Below, one piece after another: positions 38,826-48,131 of a stretch of DNA of 64,000 bases. The notes under the pieces are model-generated. The model was not told the origin of the DNA. It saw nothing but the letters and a program-made list of their open reading frames with translations, and made no database searches. The stretch's first letter is position 1; every line of letters begins with the position of its first letter. Source of the DNA: a virus. The stretch is taken from positions 5,470 to 69,469 of IMG/VR virus record IMGVR_UViG_3300010361_000003. One strand, 5' to 3'. A program made the position numbers and the translations under genes.

Positions 38826-39019
38826 AGATCGAGAGCGGGCACAGCGCCGAGGATAGAGGCCGCTGGAAGGCGATTCGGCTTGATCTGATGACCGATATCT
38901 CTGGCGAGATCCTTACCGCAGACGAACAAACGGGTGCGCTTACCGTAAACGTCGATGGTGAGGTCAAGGCGATGAACTTTGGCCCGGGCTGGTTCCGGCT
39001 CGTCAGGAGGCAAAGATGA
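38822..39019 (+). CDS. Small hypothetical protein
   Basis: GGAGG RBS; MKIESGHS.. coupled to the endolysin stop. Confidence 0.5.
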   Translation: MKIESGHSAEDRGRWKAIRLDLMTDISGEILTADEQTGALTVNVDGEVKAMNFGPGWFRLVRRQR

Positions 39020-39219
39020 ACGCGGTTTTAGCATTTCTCGCCGCTCGCCTGGCCGAGCCTTCAAGCTGGCTGGGGATCGCGGCGTTCTTATCGTCGTGCG
39101 GAGCCGGACTATTGACCGCCGGTCACCCCGAGAGTGCCGGGATCGTCACCGCGATCGGGCTCGGGTTTGGTGGGGTCGGGGCGTTTCTGACCAAAGAGAA
39201 CGGGAAGGCTCAGCCCTAG
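39016..39219 (+). CDS. Putative holin (two TM helices)
   Basis: GGAGG RBS; RL.EPSSW.G motif, two hydrophobic helices, charged tail; near the endolysin. Confidence 0.6.
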   Translation: MNAVLAFLAARLAEPSSWLGIAAFLSSCGAGLLTAGHPESAGIVTAIGLGFGGVGAFLTKENGKAQP

Positions 39220-39459
39220 CCCGCAAGCCGCCAGTACTCGTGTGGCGTATCCGGCCACTCGGGGATGATCAGGCCTCGATCGAGCGCCTCATGGACGGCC
39301 TCGCGGGTAACCTGACCTCCCCTAAAGGTGATGTAGTATTTGCCATCCCGGCCAGCATAGACATTCCGTGGCTGGGTTCCGGTCTGCAGGACGGCAATGA
39401 TCCCCTCGGGCGTGGTGATTATGCGCTCCGGCCACGGTCGCCCGCATACCGGGCAGGGA

Positions 39460-39816
39460 TCAGTGATTCTCTTCGCCATTGGCGTTCTGCCAATAGGCGA
39501 CCGCCGCTTCGACTTGGGATTTGCGACAGCCTAATTGCTCGGCCATCCGGGCTGGGTCATAGTCGGCCCAACCCCACTGGTCCATCTGCTCCTTGACCAT
39601 CGCGCGGATATCGCGGCGCGGCTGGCGCTGCCTGGGCGGCTCGGCTTCGGCTTCGAGCACCCGCTGGATCGAGGCGATCGTTTGCGCGAGGTGATCAGCC
39701 TCCCAGCGAGCCTTTGTCGCCTGTTCGTCTAAATGAGCGGCCGCGCGCTCGGCCTCAACCATCCTGCTCTCAAGCTGGCGCAGCAACTCCTCAAAGGAGC
39801 GCGGGTTCTCACTCAT
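39460..39816 (-). CDS. Coiled-coil/HTH-like hypothetical protein
   Basis: Coupled leftward ORF; C-terminal 'MAEQLGC.KSQVEAA'. Confidence 0.5.
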   Translation of the reverse strand: MSENPRSFEELLRQLESRMVEAERAAAHLDEQATKARWEADHLAQTIASIQRVLEAEAEPPRQRQPRRDIRAMVKEQMDQWGWADYDPARMAEQLGCRKSQVEAAVAYWQNANGEENH

Positions 39817-40189
39817 ATCGCCTCGCTAGATCGATGCTCTGGCGAGCGCGGAAGATGGCGCGCTCGCCTTGCCTCACGTCGCCAGACACGGCCCACAACC
39901 GCAACGCCACATTAAGCGAGTCAATGCCGAGCGCGGCATAGAAGCTCAACTCGCCGATGCTGTGCTGCTTGGCATGACAGGTCAGGCACAGAGGAACGGT
40001 GAAGCGGTCCCCCGGTCTCATTCCGACACCACCATCGGTTCCGACGCGGACGTGTGCGGCTTGGATCGAGTGGCGCGCCCCGCAGGCAAGACATGGCAGC
40101 TGCCGGATAAAGGCGCGATGGGCCGGGCGCAGTCGGGTGTTGGGCTTCGGCTTGCCGCGGAGGACAATGCGGGGGATGCGGGCTCTCAT
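39809..40189 (-). CDS. DUF968-like putative HNH-type Zn nuclease
   Basis: FIR.LPC.ACG, AAH.R, G.G..P.D.F.VPLC..CH..QH. Confidence 0.75.
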   Translation of the reverse strand: MRARIPRIVLRGKPKPNTRLRPAHRAFIRQLPCLACGARHSIQAAHVRVGTDGGVGMRPGDRFTVPLCLTCHAKQHSIGELSFYAALGIDSLNVALRLWAVSGDVRQGERAIFRARQSIDLARRYE

Positions 40190-40872
40190 AGTGGTGCCTC
40201 CAGGCTCTGCTGCAGCATCTCGCGCAGCACGGCTTTGGGCTTGATCCGGACCCCATCGATCAGCCCCATGACCCGCTCGATCTCTCGATTGCACGAGGCG
40301 ATCTCCTTGGCCAGCTTCTCAATATAGGGCTCGTCGCGCTCGACCCGGATCACCGTTGAGGGAAGCTCCTCGCTCCATGCTAAGACATCGACCCATTGGC
40401 GCTCAGCGACATAGAGTTGGCCCTGGACCTGCGGCCAGTACTTGCGCAGCGGGTGCTTGAGCAGACCATTGGTCGCATCGGCGAGCAAATACTCGACCTG
40501 GGCGGCGGCCTCGGGGCATTTTATCTCCAAGAGGCCGTCGTCGCCGACAAGCCGATCCGGTGAGGCGCCGACCTTCCCATCATCGGACATGATGAAGCCG
40601 ATCTTTCGGGTGTCGACATCTTGGGTCAATTCGTACCAATCGGCAGCATCGGCTTCGACGATCTGACCGCGCTCCATCGCCGGCGAGGTATAGGTACCGA
40701 CCGAGCGCTGCAGCAATCGCTCGGCGATCAAGTGGTAGGCGTAGCGTTTCCACTGCTCGCTCGGCTTGCCGCCCGGTGTCAGGATCATGTGGAAGCAGGA
40801 CGAGGTGACGATGCCGAGGCGCAGCTTGTCCCACTCGGCGCTGCGCTGCTCGACCTCATGAATAATCGGCAT
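40186..40872 (-). CDS. YqaJ/lambda-exonuclease family protein
   Basis: Q.S.EW...R.G..TSS, M.RG...E, GASPD.L, LEIKCP, Y..QVQGQL. Confidence 0.9.
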   Translation of the reverse strand: MPIIHEVEQRSAEWDKLRLGIVTSSCFHMILTPGGKPSEQWKRYAYHLIAERLLQRSVGTYTSPAMERGQIVEADAADWYELTQDVDTRKIGFIMSDDGKVGASPDRLVGDDGLLEIKCPEAAAQVEYLLADATNGLLKHPLRKYWPQVQGQLYVAERQWVDVLAWSEELPSTVIRVERDEPYIEKLAKEIASCNREIERVMGLIDGVRIKPKAVLREMLQQSLEAPL

Positions 40873-41028
40873 CAGCTTTCTCTGCGCGTTCGATGATCCA
40901 GGCGCGCACGGCGTGGCCCGCATCGACAGGGTCGGCGAATGGCCCCAGCGGCACCTGAACATTCTCGCCCTTGACATGCCAGAGCCCGTCATCTTCCTGG
41001 GTGATGTGCACCCGCGGCATTTCTTTGA

Positions 41029-41268
41029 TCATTCCGGCCTCTTCATCGCGGTGAGTCCGTTTGCGATTGCGCGGGTTCGCACCTCCGCGCAATCGGGTGT
41101 TTCATTCCATGTCTGCAAAATCAGTTGTTGCCCGGCAATCACCCCACAGCCATAAACGATCGTCTCTTGTTGGCTGTTGAGGATCTGGGTCTGGTGGATC
41201 AGAAGAACCGCGATTAAGCTGCCAAGGATAATCGTGATACCGAGGATGACCGGTAGCAATCGATTCAT
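41029..41268 (-). CDS. Small membrane-anchored protein
   Basis: N-terminal TM helix; coupled to neighbours. Confidence 0.4.
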   Translation of the reverse strand: MNRLLPVILGITIILGSLIAVLLIHQTQILNSQQETIVYGCGVIAGQQLILQTWNETPDCAEVRTRAIANGLTAMKRPE

Positions 41269-41464
41269 TCCGGCATCCCCATCAGCATCTGCTCAAGCTT
41301 GGCGATCTGACGCTCGACCTTCGCGGTCTCGTTGCCGGCCCAGATCACCACTGAGAGAGCATCACTGTTGGTGCCGATCCGCTCAAGCTCGGCGATCCGG
41401 CACCGCGCCTCCCCCAGCGCCAATTCGAGGCTGCGGCGGGCGGCCTTGTGGGCGGGCTCAAAGG

Positions 41465-41845
41465 TCATGAGGCAAAGTCCTGATCATGAACGATCGCAGC
41501 ATGACCGACGATGCGATGCGTGGTGCCGGGCTCGCAGATCTCGTGATAAAGCGCAGTTGCGACCGGATTATCTGGGAGCAAGGCGGCCACGGGCTGCACC
41601 TCGATGTGTCCGTTGCCGTGATCAACAGTGCGGGTCTCGTAGCCATGATCATTCACGATCATCACGAGGTCTGGAAAAGCGCTGCCAGCCCAGGTCAGCG
41701 TCACGAAATCAACTGTATCGGCGTTCATTGCGCGCTTGATCGAGCGCATCTTTGCTTGCTCGCTGATGACGCGGACCTCACCATCACAAAAGATGATCGC
41801 GTGCGATCCCGCTGGAACAAGGCTTTTAAGTTCGGCGATATTCAT
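41465..41845 (-). CDS. Hypothetical protein (DUF3846-like)
   Basis: GGAGGA RBS; 'MIVND.G', 'P.N..AT.LY', 'IVG.A' motifs. Confidence 0.5.
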   Translation of the reverse strand: MNIAELKSLVPAGSHAIIFCDGEVRVISEQAKMRSIKRAMNADTVDFVTLTWAGSAFPDLVMIVNDHGYETRTVDHGNGHIEVQPVAALLPDNPVATALYHEICEPGTTHRIVGHAAIVHDQDFAS

Positions 41846-41968
41846 TCCTCCTCCTTGGTCAGCAGCGTCGAGTCGGCGTCGGGGTTCTCGCGCACCCATT
41901 GGTCGGCTGCCGCGCGGGCCTCGCGGCGGCGGCGCAGCGCATATTCGCGCATTCGCTCCCGGTCCTGC

Positions 41969-43117
41969 TTAGCCTTTTGTGCCGGGGTCAGCTTGCGTGG
42001 TTGTCCCCTCATTTGTCCCTCCCTCGTTGGATCGCTGGGCGATCAGATCCTCTAGTGAGAGGATCGCTTTGCGAAAATCACGCGCGGGCAAATTTCCTAC
42101 CGATGCAATCAGTGCCTCCTCAAACCCCGGTGTGCTCCAATTCCCCTCGACCGCTTCCAGCTTCATATATTTCAGCCAGCGCGGCCCAGCCTTGGCTTGC
42201 TTTATCAGATCGACAAGGCGATGGGCGTCTTCCTCGGCGATCGTGCCGCCGGTGCCATCGTCGTCCTGATTGACAAACACGAGATTAAAGATCCCGGCAA
42301 TCGCATAGCGCGTCAGAAAGGTTTCGGTCGAAGCGCTGCCGTGCAGCGTGGTTTTGACTGCGGCACCTTTGGCCCCGAGCACATCGGGACCAGCTTCGCG
42401 GTAAAAGCGTTCGCTATGGCCTGAATGGCTGCAGGTCACCTCGACCCGAATGTTGCCATCGACGAGCGGCGGGACCGTGTTGCGCTGCAACGAAAATCCA
42501 TGCCGCAGATAAACCGGCCGGATCGCCTCGACGACCTCCTCTAGCTTTGCGTAAAAAGCCTTGCCGCCTTGGATGCCGGTGTTTTGTGTGGTGCGCACGA
42601 TCGGCTCGATCTCGGATTGGACCCGCACCATTGCCTCGTCATAGAGGCGCTTGGCTTGCTGGGCATTCATCCGCTCATAGAGCCCGACCATGCGCTCAAG
42701 GTTCTCAACGTTGGTCTGCGGGTCGGTCGCGAGCCGCTCGATCATCCGCCACATCGGATCGGTCGAGGGGGTTGCCACCGGTAAGGAGTCGGCCGCCAGG
42801 GGAACATGTCCAACGGCCGACTCCCCCGCCGCCGATGCAGTCTCCGGTTCAGGGAAAATAGCGGCGGCGGCGGGACCGACGATGGTGCGGGTCATCTTGT
42901 CCGCGGTATCGCCGGGTTCTGTTGCATAAGTCTCTTTGACGACATCGGGCACACGGCTCTTGGCCGCGTCAAACCCGGGGGTAGGGGTGGCAGCGGAGGG
43001 GTCCATCGAGGCGGTTTCGCGATCGACCTGAAGAACCTCCCTCCGCCGCCGTCCGCCGCCCCGCCGCCCGACTGGTTTGGGTGACGCCGGGGCAGTGGAT
43101 TCAAATAGCTCGTTCAT
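41969..43117 (-). CDS. ERF-family ssDNA annealing recombinase
   Basis: YA.LE....AI.P....HG, H.SGHSE, GS..T...RY....IFN..DDDG; partner of the YqaJ exonuclease. Confidence 0.85.
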   Translation of the reverse strand: MNELFESTAPASPKPVGRRGGGRRRREVLQVDRETASMDPSAATPTPGFDAAKSRVPDVVKETYATEPGDTADKMTRTIVGPAAAAIFPEPETASAAGESAVGHVPLAADSLPVATPSTDPMWRMIERLATDPQTNVENLERMVGLYERMNAQQAKRLYDEAMVRVQSEIEPIVRTTQNTGIQGGKAFYAKLEEVVEAIRPVYLRHGFSLQRNTVPPLVDGNIRVEVTCSHSGHSERFYREAGPDVLGAKGAAVKTTLHGSASTETFLTRYAIAGIFNLVFVNQDDDGTGGTIAEEDAHRLVDLIKQAKAGPRWLKYMKLEAVEGNWSTPGFEEALIASVGNLPARDFRKAILSLEDLIAQRSNEGGTNEGTTTQADPGTKG

Positions 43118-43362
43118 CGGTCAGTGCCCAAGAGTTTTGCGTTGAGCGGAATAAATTCGCGAACCGCTTGAATATGACACTCGATTATTTTAGCGCGCAT
43201 CTCGTCTGTTGTTGTGCGATCGCCGCGAATGACATGGCCAGCCACCCATGTCGCCACCAAATCGGCCAGTACGGCGCCCTGAACAGACGGGTTTTTGCCG
43301 GCCAAGATGGGACCGATCCTTTCCACCAATGGCGCGACTTGTAATTCTAATGGCTTGCTCAT
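43114..43362 (-). CDS. Hypothetical protein
   Basis: Coupled ORF, 82 aa. Confidence 0.5.
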   Translation of the reverse strand: MSKPLELQVAPLVERIGPILAGKNPSVQGAVLADLVATWVAGHVIRGDRTTTDEMRAKIIECHIQAVREFIPLNAKLLGTDR

Positions 43363-43580
43363 GTGCCTCGCCGCTCCTGCCGGGTCGCCTTGAGCCCGCT
43401 GAGTCCGTTCCTGTCATAGCGCCGCCGCCATTCGGCGAGCTCCTCGGCGCTGATCCGGTAGCGGGCGCAGATGTTTACCGCATCCTGACCGGCCCTGATG
43501 GCCTCGATGATGTTGGCCTTATCGCGGGCGTAGAACCGCTTGCCGCATTGCGGCAGATGAATGAGCCGGTGCGATATCAT
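43359..43580 (-). CDS. sciP: DUF1153/SciP-like (CtrA inhibitor-like) HTH protein
   Basis: LP....R...R.KA..I.AIR.G......C.RY.IS.EE...W...YDR.GL.GL.ATR matches my recollection of the SciP consensus. Confidence 0.7.
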   Translation of the reverse strand: MISHRLIHLPQCGKRFYARDKANIIEAIRAGQDAVNICARYRISAEELAEWRRRYDRNGLSGLKATRQERRGT

Positions 43581-43927
43581 TCCGGATTTACCGCGCTGAT
43601 GCGATAATAGCTGCCGTCTCCACAGATCGTTGAGGGCAGCTTGGTCCCATCGGTTTTAATAGTTATCGGCCCGCCAAAGGAATCGGTGAGGATGGTCATC
43701 CAGCCGAGAGCCTGCATCTGGCGGAAGGCGATCACCTGCGGCGAGGGATCAGCGACGACGTTGGTATAGTCTATGGCATAATTTATTCCGGTCTCTACGA
43801 TCCCGATCTTGAAGCAGTTGCCTCCAGCACCACGGAAATAGACGGTGCCGCTGCTGTCTTGAGCCTGGGCAGTGCCGATTGTCAGCGATGCCGCAACCGC
43901 CACGGTTAGAGCAAGTCTTTTCAGCAT
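43577..43927 (-). CDS. Exported hypothetical protein
   Basis: MLKRLALTVAVAASLTIGTAQA|Q; Cys pair. Confidence 0.55.
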   Translation of the reverse strand: MLKRLALTVAVAASLTIGTAQAQDSSGTVYFRGAGGNCFKIGIVETGINYAIDYTNVVADPSPQVIAFRQMQALGWMTILTDSFGGPITIKTDGTKLPSTICGDGSYYRISAVNPE

Positions 43928-43928
43928 T

Positions 43929-44261
43929 TTACGGCTTGCCTCCAGTGAACCCGCGCATGCCCTGGCGCATCGTTCCCGAATAGCGCGGGTCGTCATCGTC
44001 GGGAGCGGCGTTGGTATCGAGCGAGATCGCGCTTACGCGCTGCTCCAGATCGGGCCGCGCGCCCTCGGCGAGCACCGCGCGCAGATGCCGCATCAGAAGC
44101 TCAAATTCATAAGCGTCAGGATATTGGGCACGCTGCAACCACCTATCGATGCCAGCGAGCGCCAGATCCCTGCGGCGCTCCAACTCGGCGATACGCTGGC
44201 CGTGACTTTTTAAACGAGCAATTGCCTCGTCCATCGTGGTGAGTATCTCATCAAGGGTCAT
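43929..44261 (-). CDS. Hypothetical coiled-coil protein
   Basis: GGAG RBS; 110 aa. Confidence 0.5.
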   Translation of the reverse strand: MTLDEILTTMDEAIARLKSHGQRIAELERRRDLALAGIDRWLQRAQYPDAYEFELLMRHLRAVLAEGARPDLEQRVSAISLDTNAAPDDDDPRYSGTMRQGMRGFTGGKP

Positions 44262-44334
44262 TGCCGTCTCCGTTGCAGCGGGACAAAGCCGGCGTCATCG
44301 CGCCACAGGCGCCGGATCAAATGCCATAGCTGTT

Positions 44335-44646
44335 TCATGTCACCGCCGCCTTAACGCGGGCGACCATCGCTTCGTGACCAGCGAGCGCCTCCTCGCGAGT
44401 AGCATAGCGGTCCTGTTCCTGATCGAGATCATGCCCCTTCCAGAAAACCATAGTCTCAAAGAGCAATGGCGGCAGGGAGGGGTCAAAACCGTGGTCGACA
44501 CCGAGAAAAACCGTCGACACATGAGCCTCACCAATCTCAGCAGACCCGATGCGCCGATCGGCATTTTCATACCAGCTTGCCCATTTGAGGAGATCCGGTT
44601 CGGGCACCGGATTGCCTGCGGCATTGAGGATGTATTTGTCGGTCAT
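44335..44646 (-). CDS. Conserved phage hypothetical protein
   Basis: VSTVFLG.DH...P..FETMVF..RY.T..EA..GH pattern, recalled from many phages. Confidence 0.6.
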   Translation of the reverse strand: MTDKYILNAAGNPVPEPDLLKWASWYENADRRIGSAEIGEAHVSTVFLGVDHGFDPSLPPLLFETMVFWKGHDLDQEQDRYATREEALAGHEAMVARVKAAVT

Positions 44647-44785
44647 GTCAGCACCAGGATCAGCAGCAGCAGCCACGTCAGCCCGCCGGCGATGGCCAAG
44701 AGCAGCTTGGCGATCTCTTTGGGCCATCCCTGCCAAGAGAGGTCGGCGGTCATCGCTTCCATCGCCAGGTCGATGTCCTCCTCGA

Positions 44786-45118
44786 TCATGGTAAGGTGTC
44801 CTCGAATTGCTGGTGTTGCTTGCCACGCAATCGGATCTTTGCGGCGTTCTCGCAGCTGATCATCCTTATGCGCAATCCAACATTGTTGCCTGGACCAAGC
44901 TGGTTCATGAGCCAGCCGATGCAGTGAGCGTCATGTGTTTCGTGGCAGGCCATCACAGGGGCTTGTGGCGTTAAACTCTCCAGAGGAGAGCGCGCTATGG
45001 TAATTTTGAGCACGCGATGTTTCGCTTCGGAATATCCGTTCGGGATCTCGTGGGGATTGACCCCGACGATCCACGGGCATTTCCGGCATTGCTGCGTTCG
45101 TTTCAACTTCCAAGCCAT
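44786..45118 (-). CDS. Zn-binding hypothetical protein (DUF6283-like)
   Basis: C..CPW, MACH, C.GW motifs. Confidence 0.55.
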   Translation of the reverse strand: MAWKLKRTQQCRKCPWIVGVNPHEIPNGYSEAKHRVLKITIARSPLESLTPQAPVMACHETHDAHCIGWLMNQLGPGNNVGLRIRMISCENAAKIRLRGKQHQQFEDTLP

Positions 45119-45365
45119 GCGATCAGACCCGCAATCGCTCCGCAAAGCGCCGCCCACAACCCCAACGACAGAACCAATAGGATCAGTGCCGCCGAGCGGC
45201 ATGCAAAGGGTTCGACAATCAGGACGCATTTTTGACGATCGTCCTTTATCGTCGCTCCGATGTCGCCGATCGCCACACGTTAGGGTGGAGTGCATTGTTA
45301 CACAGAGGCATTTGGGAACCAGCCGATTTGACGGTTAATTTTGATGCCCTATTTTCGTCACGCGT

Positions 45366-45400
45366 TGTGAACTGTCAAGCGGAATTTTCGTTGACACACA
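45366..45400. promoter_or_regulatory. Back-to-back TTGACA boxes at the divergence point (putative divergent promoters/operator)
   Basis: TGTCAA 45373-45378 and TTGACA 45391-45396 flanked by TGTG/CACA, between the leftward and rightward blocks; -10 boxes weak. Confidence 0.5.
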
Positions 45401-45447
45401 GCCGAGGATAGCACTTTGATGCTGCCGACTAAGGAGGATCATCAGAG

Positions 45448-45822
45448 GTGGAGTACCGTACCGTCCGTGATCTGGTCGAGGCGCTCGGCGGCACCTTCCG
45501 TGCGGCGGAGCGTTTCAAAGTCGGCGGTTCGGCGGTGTCAAATTGGCTAGGTAGAAATGCCTTGCCGGCATTTCGCCGCGATGCTCTTGAGCAGGCGGTC
45601 TATCCTAACACGATCGCGACCGGACTATTCACCAGCAGTGAGTCGATTGCCCGCAAGAAGGCGCTGCGGCGTACCGCGACGACCGAAGATTTGGTCGCCC
45701 GCGGTCGTGCGGCGACCGCGCGTGGGTTGGAGGCGAGTCAGCGGTTTGACCGGGTTATGCGGAGGTCGCGGGCCGCGGTCGAGCGTGGTGCGGCGGTTCT
45801 AAACGGCAGCCGGCAACGATAA
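45448..45822 (+). CDS. Cro-like HTH transcriptional regulator
   Basis: AGGAGG RBS; LV.ALGG...AA......SAVSNW..R..LP. Confidence 0.75.
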   Translation: MEYRTVRDLVEALGGTFRAAERFKVGGSAVSNWLGRNALPAFRRDALEQAVYPNTIATGLFTSSESIARKKALRRTATTEDLVARGRAATARGLEASQRFDRVMRRSRAAVERGAAVLNGSRQR

Positions 45823-45854
45823 AAAAATACCCGGCTGCAGGGGAAGCAGCCGGG
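45821..45854 (-). terminator. Hairpin with A-tract (intrinsic terminator-like on minus strand)
   Basis: A7 followed by a CCCGGCTGC...GCAGCCGGG 9-bp stem. Confidence 0.45.
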
Positions 45855-46206
45855 CTTAGTGAATGAGCGTTGAGGGTAGAGGTGGGGGCACCGCTACCCT
45901 TGGCGGACGTACCCCGAATCTCTCCCAGAGGACGCCCTGATGCGAAAAATAAATTCCACAGCAGAAAAATTCAAGCGCTTCGTCACAAGCGGTGACGGAG
46001 ATGCTGTTCGCGCGCTGTGGCCTTGCGGCCCAGGGGGAGCGCGCGTCCGGCCCGCGAGTTGTCGTCGACCTCAAAGCGGCTGCGTCCCGCTCGTCCGGCG
46101 GCTCGCGGGCCACCCTCTTTAGAAACACTCTAGCAGAAAGGTCAGTTGCATGGCGCGTCGACTTTCTTCCCGCTCTGAAAATGGTGCGGGGCACAACAGC
46201 AGCGGG

Positions 46207-46596
46207 ATGACCGACCGGGAAGGTCTCAAGCGGCACGTTGACAGCATCCTCAAGCTGATGGGCGACCGCGACGAGATCAATGATGCGATCAAAGAGCGGT
46301 ACGAGAATGCCAAAGAAGCCGGGTTCGTCCCGAAGATCCTGCGCAAGATCGTCGCCGAGCTGCGTATGGATGCCGAGGTCCGGCAAGAGCAGTACAACCT
46401 GCTTGACGAGTATCGCTTAGCCCTTGGGCTGCTCGCTGACACACCGCTCGGCGAGGCCGCAATCGAGGCCGCGCAAGCCGAAGGTGGCGAGATCGCGCAG
46501 CTGATTCCCCGACAGCGCCGAGGTCGCCGGCGCTCGGCCGAGGCGATTCGGGCGGCGCAAGACCATCTCGGGGAGCTCGAGCCGCCAGCCGCATGA
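46207..46596 (+). CDS. gapR: GapR (DUF2312) nucleoid-associated protein homologue
   Basis: LK..VD.I..L......I...IKE.Y..AK..GF..KILRKIV..R.D....E...LD.Y..ALG. Confidence 0.85.
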   Translation: MTDREGLKRHVDSILKLMGDRDEINDAIKERYENAKEAGFVPKILRKIVAELRMDAEVRQEQYNLLDEYRLALGLLADTPLGEAAIEAAQAEGGEIAQLIPRQRRGRRRSAEAIRAAQDHLGELEPPAA

Positions 46597-47180
46597 GTGG
46601 CATCCTCGCCATCGACCAGGCAATCACGTCAGGCTACGCCGCCGCCGCACCGGGTCAGCCTCCTGAGTGGGGGCACAAGCGGATGGGCGGCCCGGGCGAT
46701 TCGGAAGGCTATCTGTTTGCCAGCTTTCGCGCCTGGGTGGTCGAGCTGATTGTGCGGTACGAGCCCATCGATTTGGCGTGGGAGGCATCTTTTGTGCCGC
46801 GGCCGGATCGCTCAAAAGCAGCCGCCCCGTTCAATCTCGACCAAATCAAGCTGGCGATGGGATGGCGGGCGCATTTGCTCGCTTTGGCTGAGGAGTTCGA
46901 TCTCCGGGTGCCAAGAGAATACCAGACCAGCGATGTCACCAAGTTTCTGACCGGTCGCGGTGCCTATCCAGGTGCGAGCTATGAGCAACGCAGGGTGGCG
47001 CGAAATGCTGCGATGGTCATGGCGTGTCAAGCCCGCGGATACGAAGTCGCTACACACGATGAGGCCAACGCGCTCGGTATCCTGCTGTGCGCCGAATACG
47101 AGCTCTACCCGCGCGAGGCGCTGACGCGCCCGCGCACCCTCAAGGCTCCGACCGGGCCGTTGTTCAGTGTGCGGGCATGA
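46593..47180 (+). CDS. RuvC-like Holliday junction resolvase
   Basis: ILAID...SGYA, mid E, K.LTG.G, DEA.ALG pattern. Confidence 0.7.
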   Translation: MSGILAIDQAITSGYAAAAPGQPPEWGHKRMGGPGDSEGYLFASFRAWVVELIVRYEPIDLAWEASFVPRPDRSKAAAPFNLDQIKLAMGWRAHLLALAEEFDLRVPREYQTSDVTKFLTGRGAYPGASYEQRRVARNAAMVMACQARGYEVATHDEANALGILLCAEYELYPREALTRPRTLKAPTGPLFSVRA

Positions 47181-47345
47181 AACCCACAAAATTCCTGTCA
47201 TTCGATGATTGGAAGCTCAGGGCGCGAGATCTTCGGCGCGGGCGCGAACCCACCATCCTCAATCCACGAGCAATACGCAGTTTGTGGGGTGAAGGTGCTG
47301 CGACACGGCTAGCCGAGACCGACCACCAAGCCTCCGCTCGACATG

Positions 47346-47376
47346 AAAAGAGCCCCGGACGGCCATCCGGGGCTCT
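47346..47376. terminator. Perfect 11-bp hairpin
   Basis: AGAGCCCCGGA...TCCGGGGCTCT preceded by As. Confidence 0.4.
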
Positions 47377-47407
47377 AGCTTCACACACGGGGGGTCGTTA
47401 AAGGGGA

Positions 47408-47836
47408 ATGGATAACGACGGGGCGGAATTTATGCCGCCCGAGCCCGATGTCAATGTCACCCGGCTGCGCGAGGATTTCTCCCGGGTCGAGGACGAGCAG
47501 GCGGTGCTCGGGATGATCCTGTTGGCGAATCACCGCTATATCGAGATCCGCGATCTCATCCGGGCCGAGGATTTCGGCTGCCGGGCGCACCGGCTCTTGT
47601 GGGAGGCGATCGGCAAGCTGATGCGGCTCGGCTATAGGGCCGACCCTTCGAGCCTCTCCCGGGCCTTCCGCGCCGATCGTAGGACATTCCCCGGGCACAA
47701 TCCTTCGAGGTATCTGATGCAGCTCGCCGACAGCGCCACGGCGGTCGAGCACCACCCGATTCGCACCTATGCGCTCGCCATCATCCGGCCCGATCCCGAC
47801 GACCGGGTGCTGGATGTGCTGGTGAGGTACCGATGA
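47408..47836 (+). CDS. DnaB N-terminal-like domain protein (stand-alone)
   Basis: EQAVLG.IL, EDF....HR.LWEAI..L, YL..LA; no helicase domain. Confidence 0.7.
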   Translation: MDNDGAEFMPPEPDVNVTRLREDFSRVEDEQAVLGMILLANHRYIEIRDLIRAEDFGCRAHRLLWEAIGKLMRLGYRADPSSLSRAFRADRRTFPGHNPSRYLMQLADSATAVEHHPIRTYALAIIRPDPDDRVLDVLVRYR

Positions 47837-48131
47837 GTTATGGCCAAGATCACCGAGGTCAAAGATCCTGATACCGCGCAGATTTTTCTGCGGTGCCACT
47901 ATCGCAACTGTCAGCAAAGGGTAAGACGGATCATTCGGATCGCACCTTCAGACGAGATGTTTCTGCTGTGCTTTCAGCATGCGAACCTTGCCAAATGCAA
48001 TCTGTCTGAGTTTCTCGGCCGAATCGCTGGCTGGCCTCGTGAGACCGCAAAATTGCGCCGACGGGATCGGCGTCGAGCAGAAAAGGCGAGCGTCGAGTAA
48101 ATGACGAACAACTCTGTCACAAAGGGGGAAT

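Noticed and set aside
39216-45450. Lysogeny module (integrase, CI repressor)
   Set aside because: No tyrosine/serine recombinase or S24-peptidase repressor recognised. It could lie outside the window, so lifestyle is undetermined.
45300-45450. CtrA box (TTAA-N7-TTAA) in the divergent promoter region
   Set aside because: Only one TTAA half-site is present.
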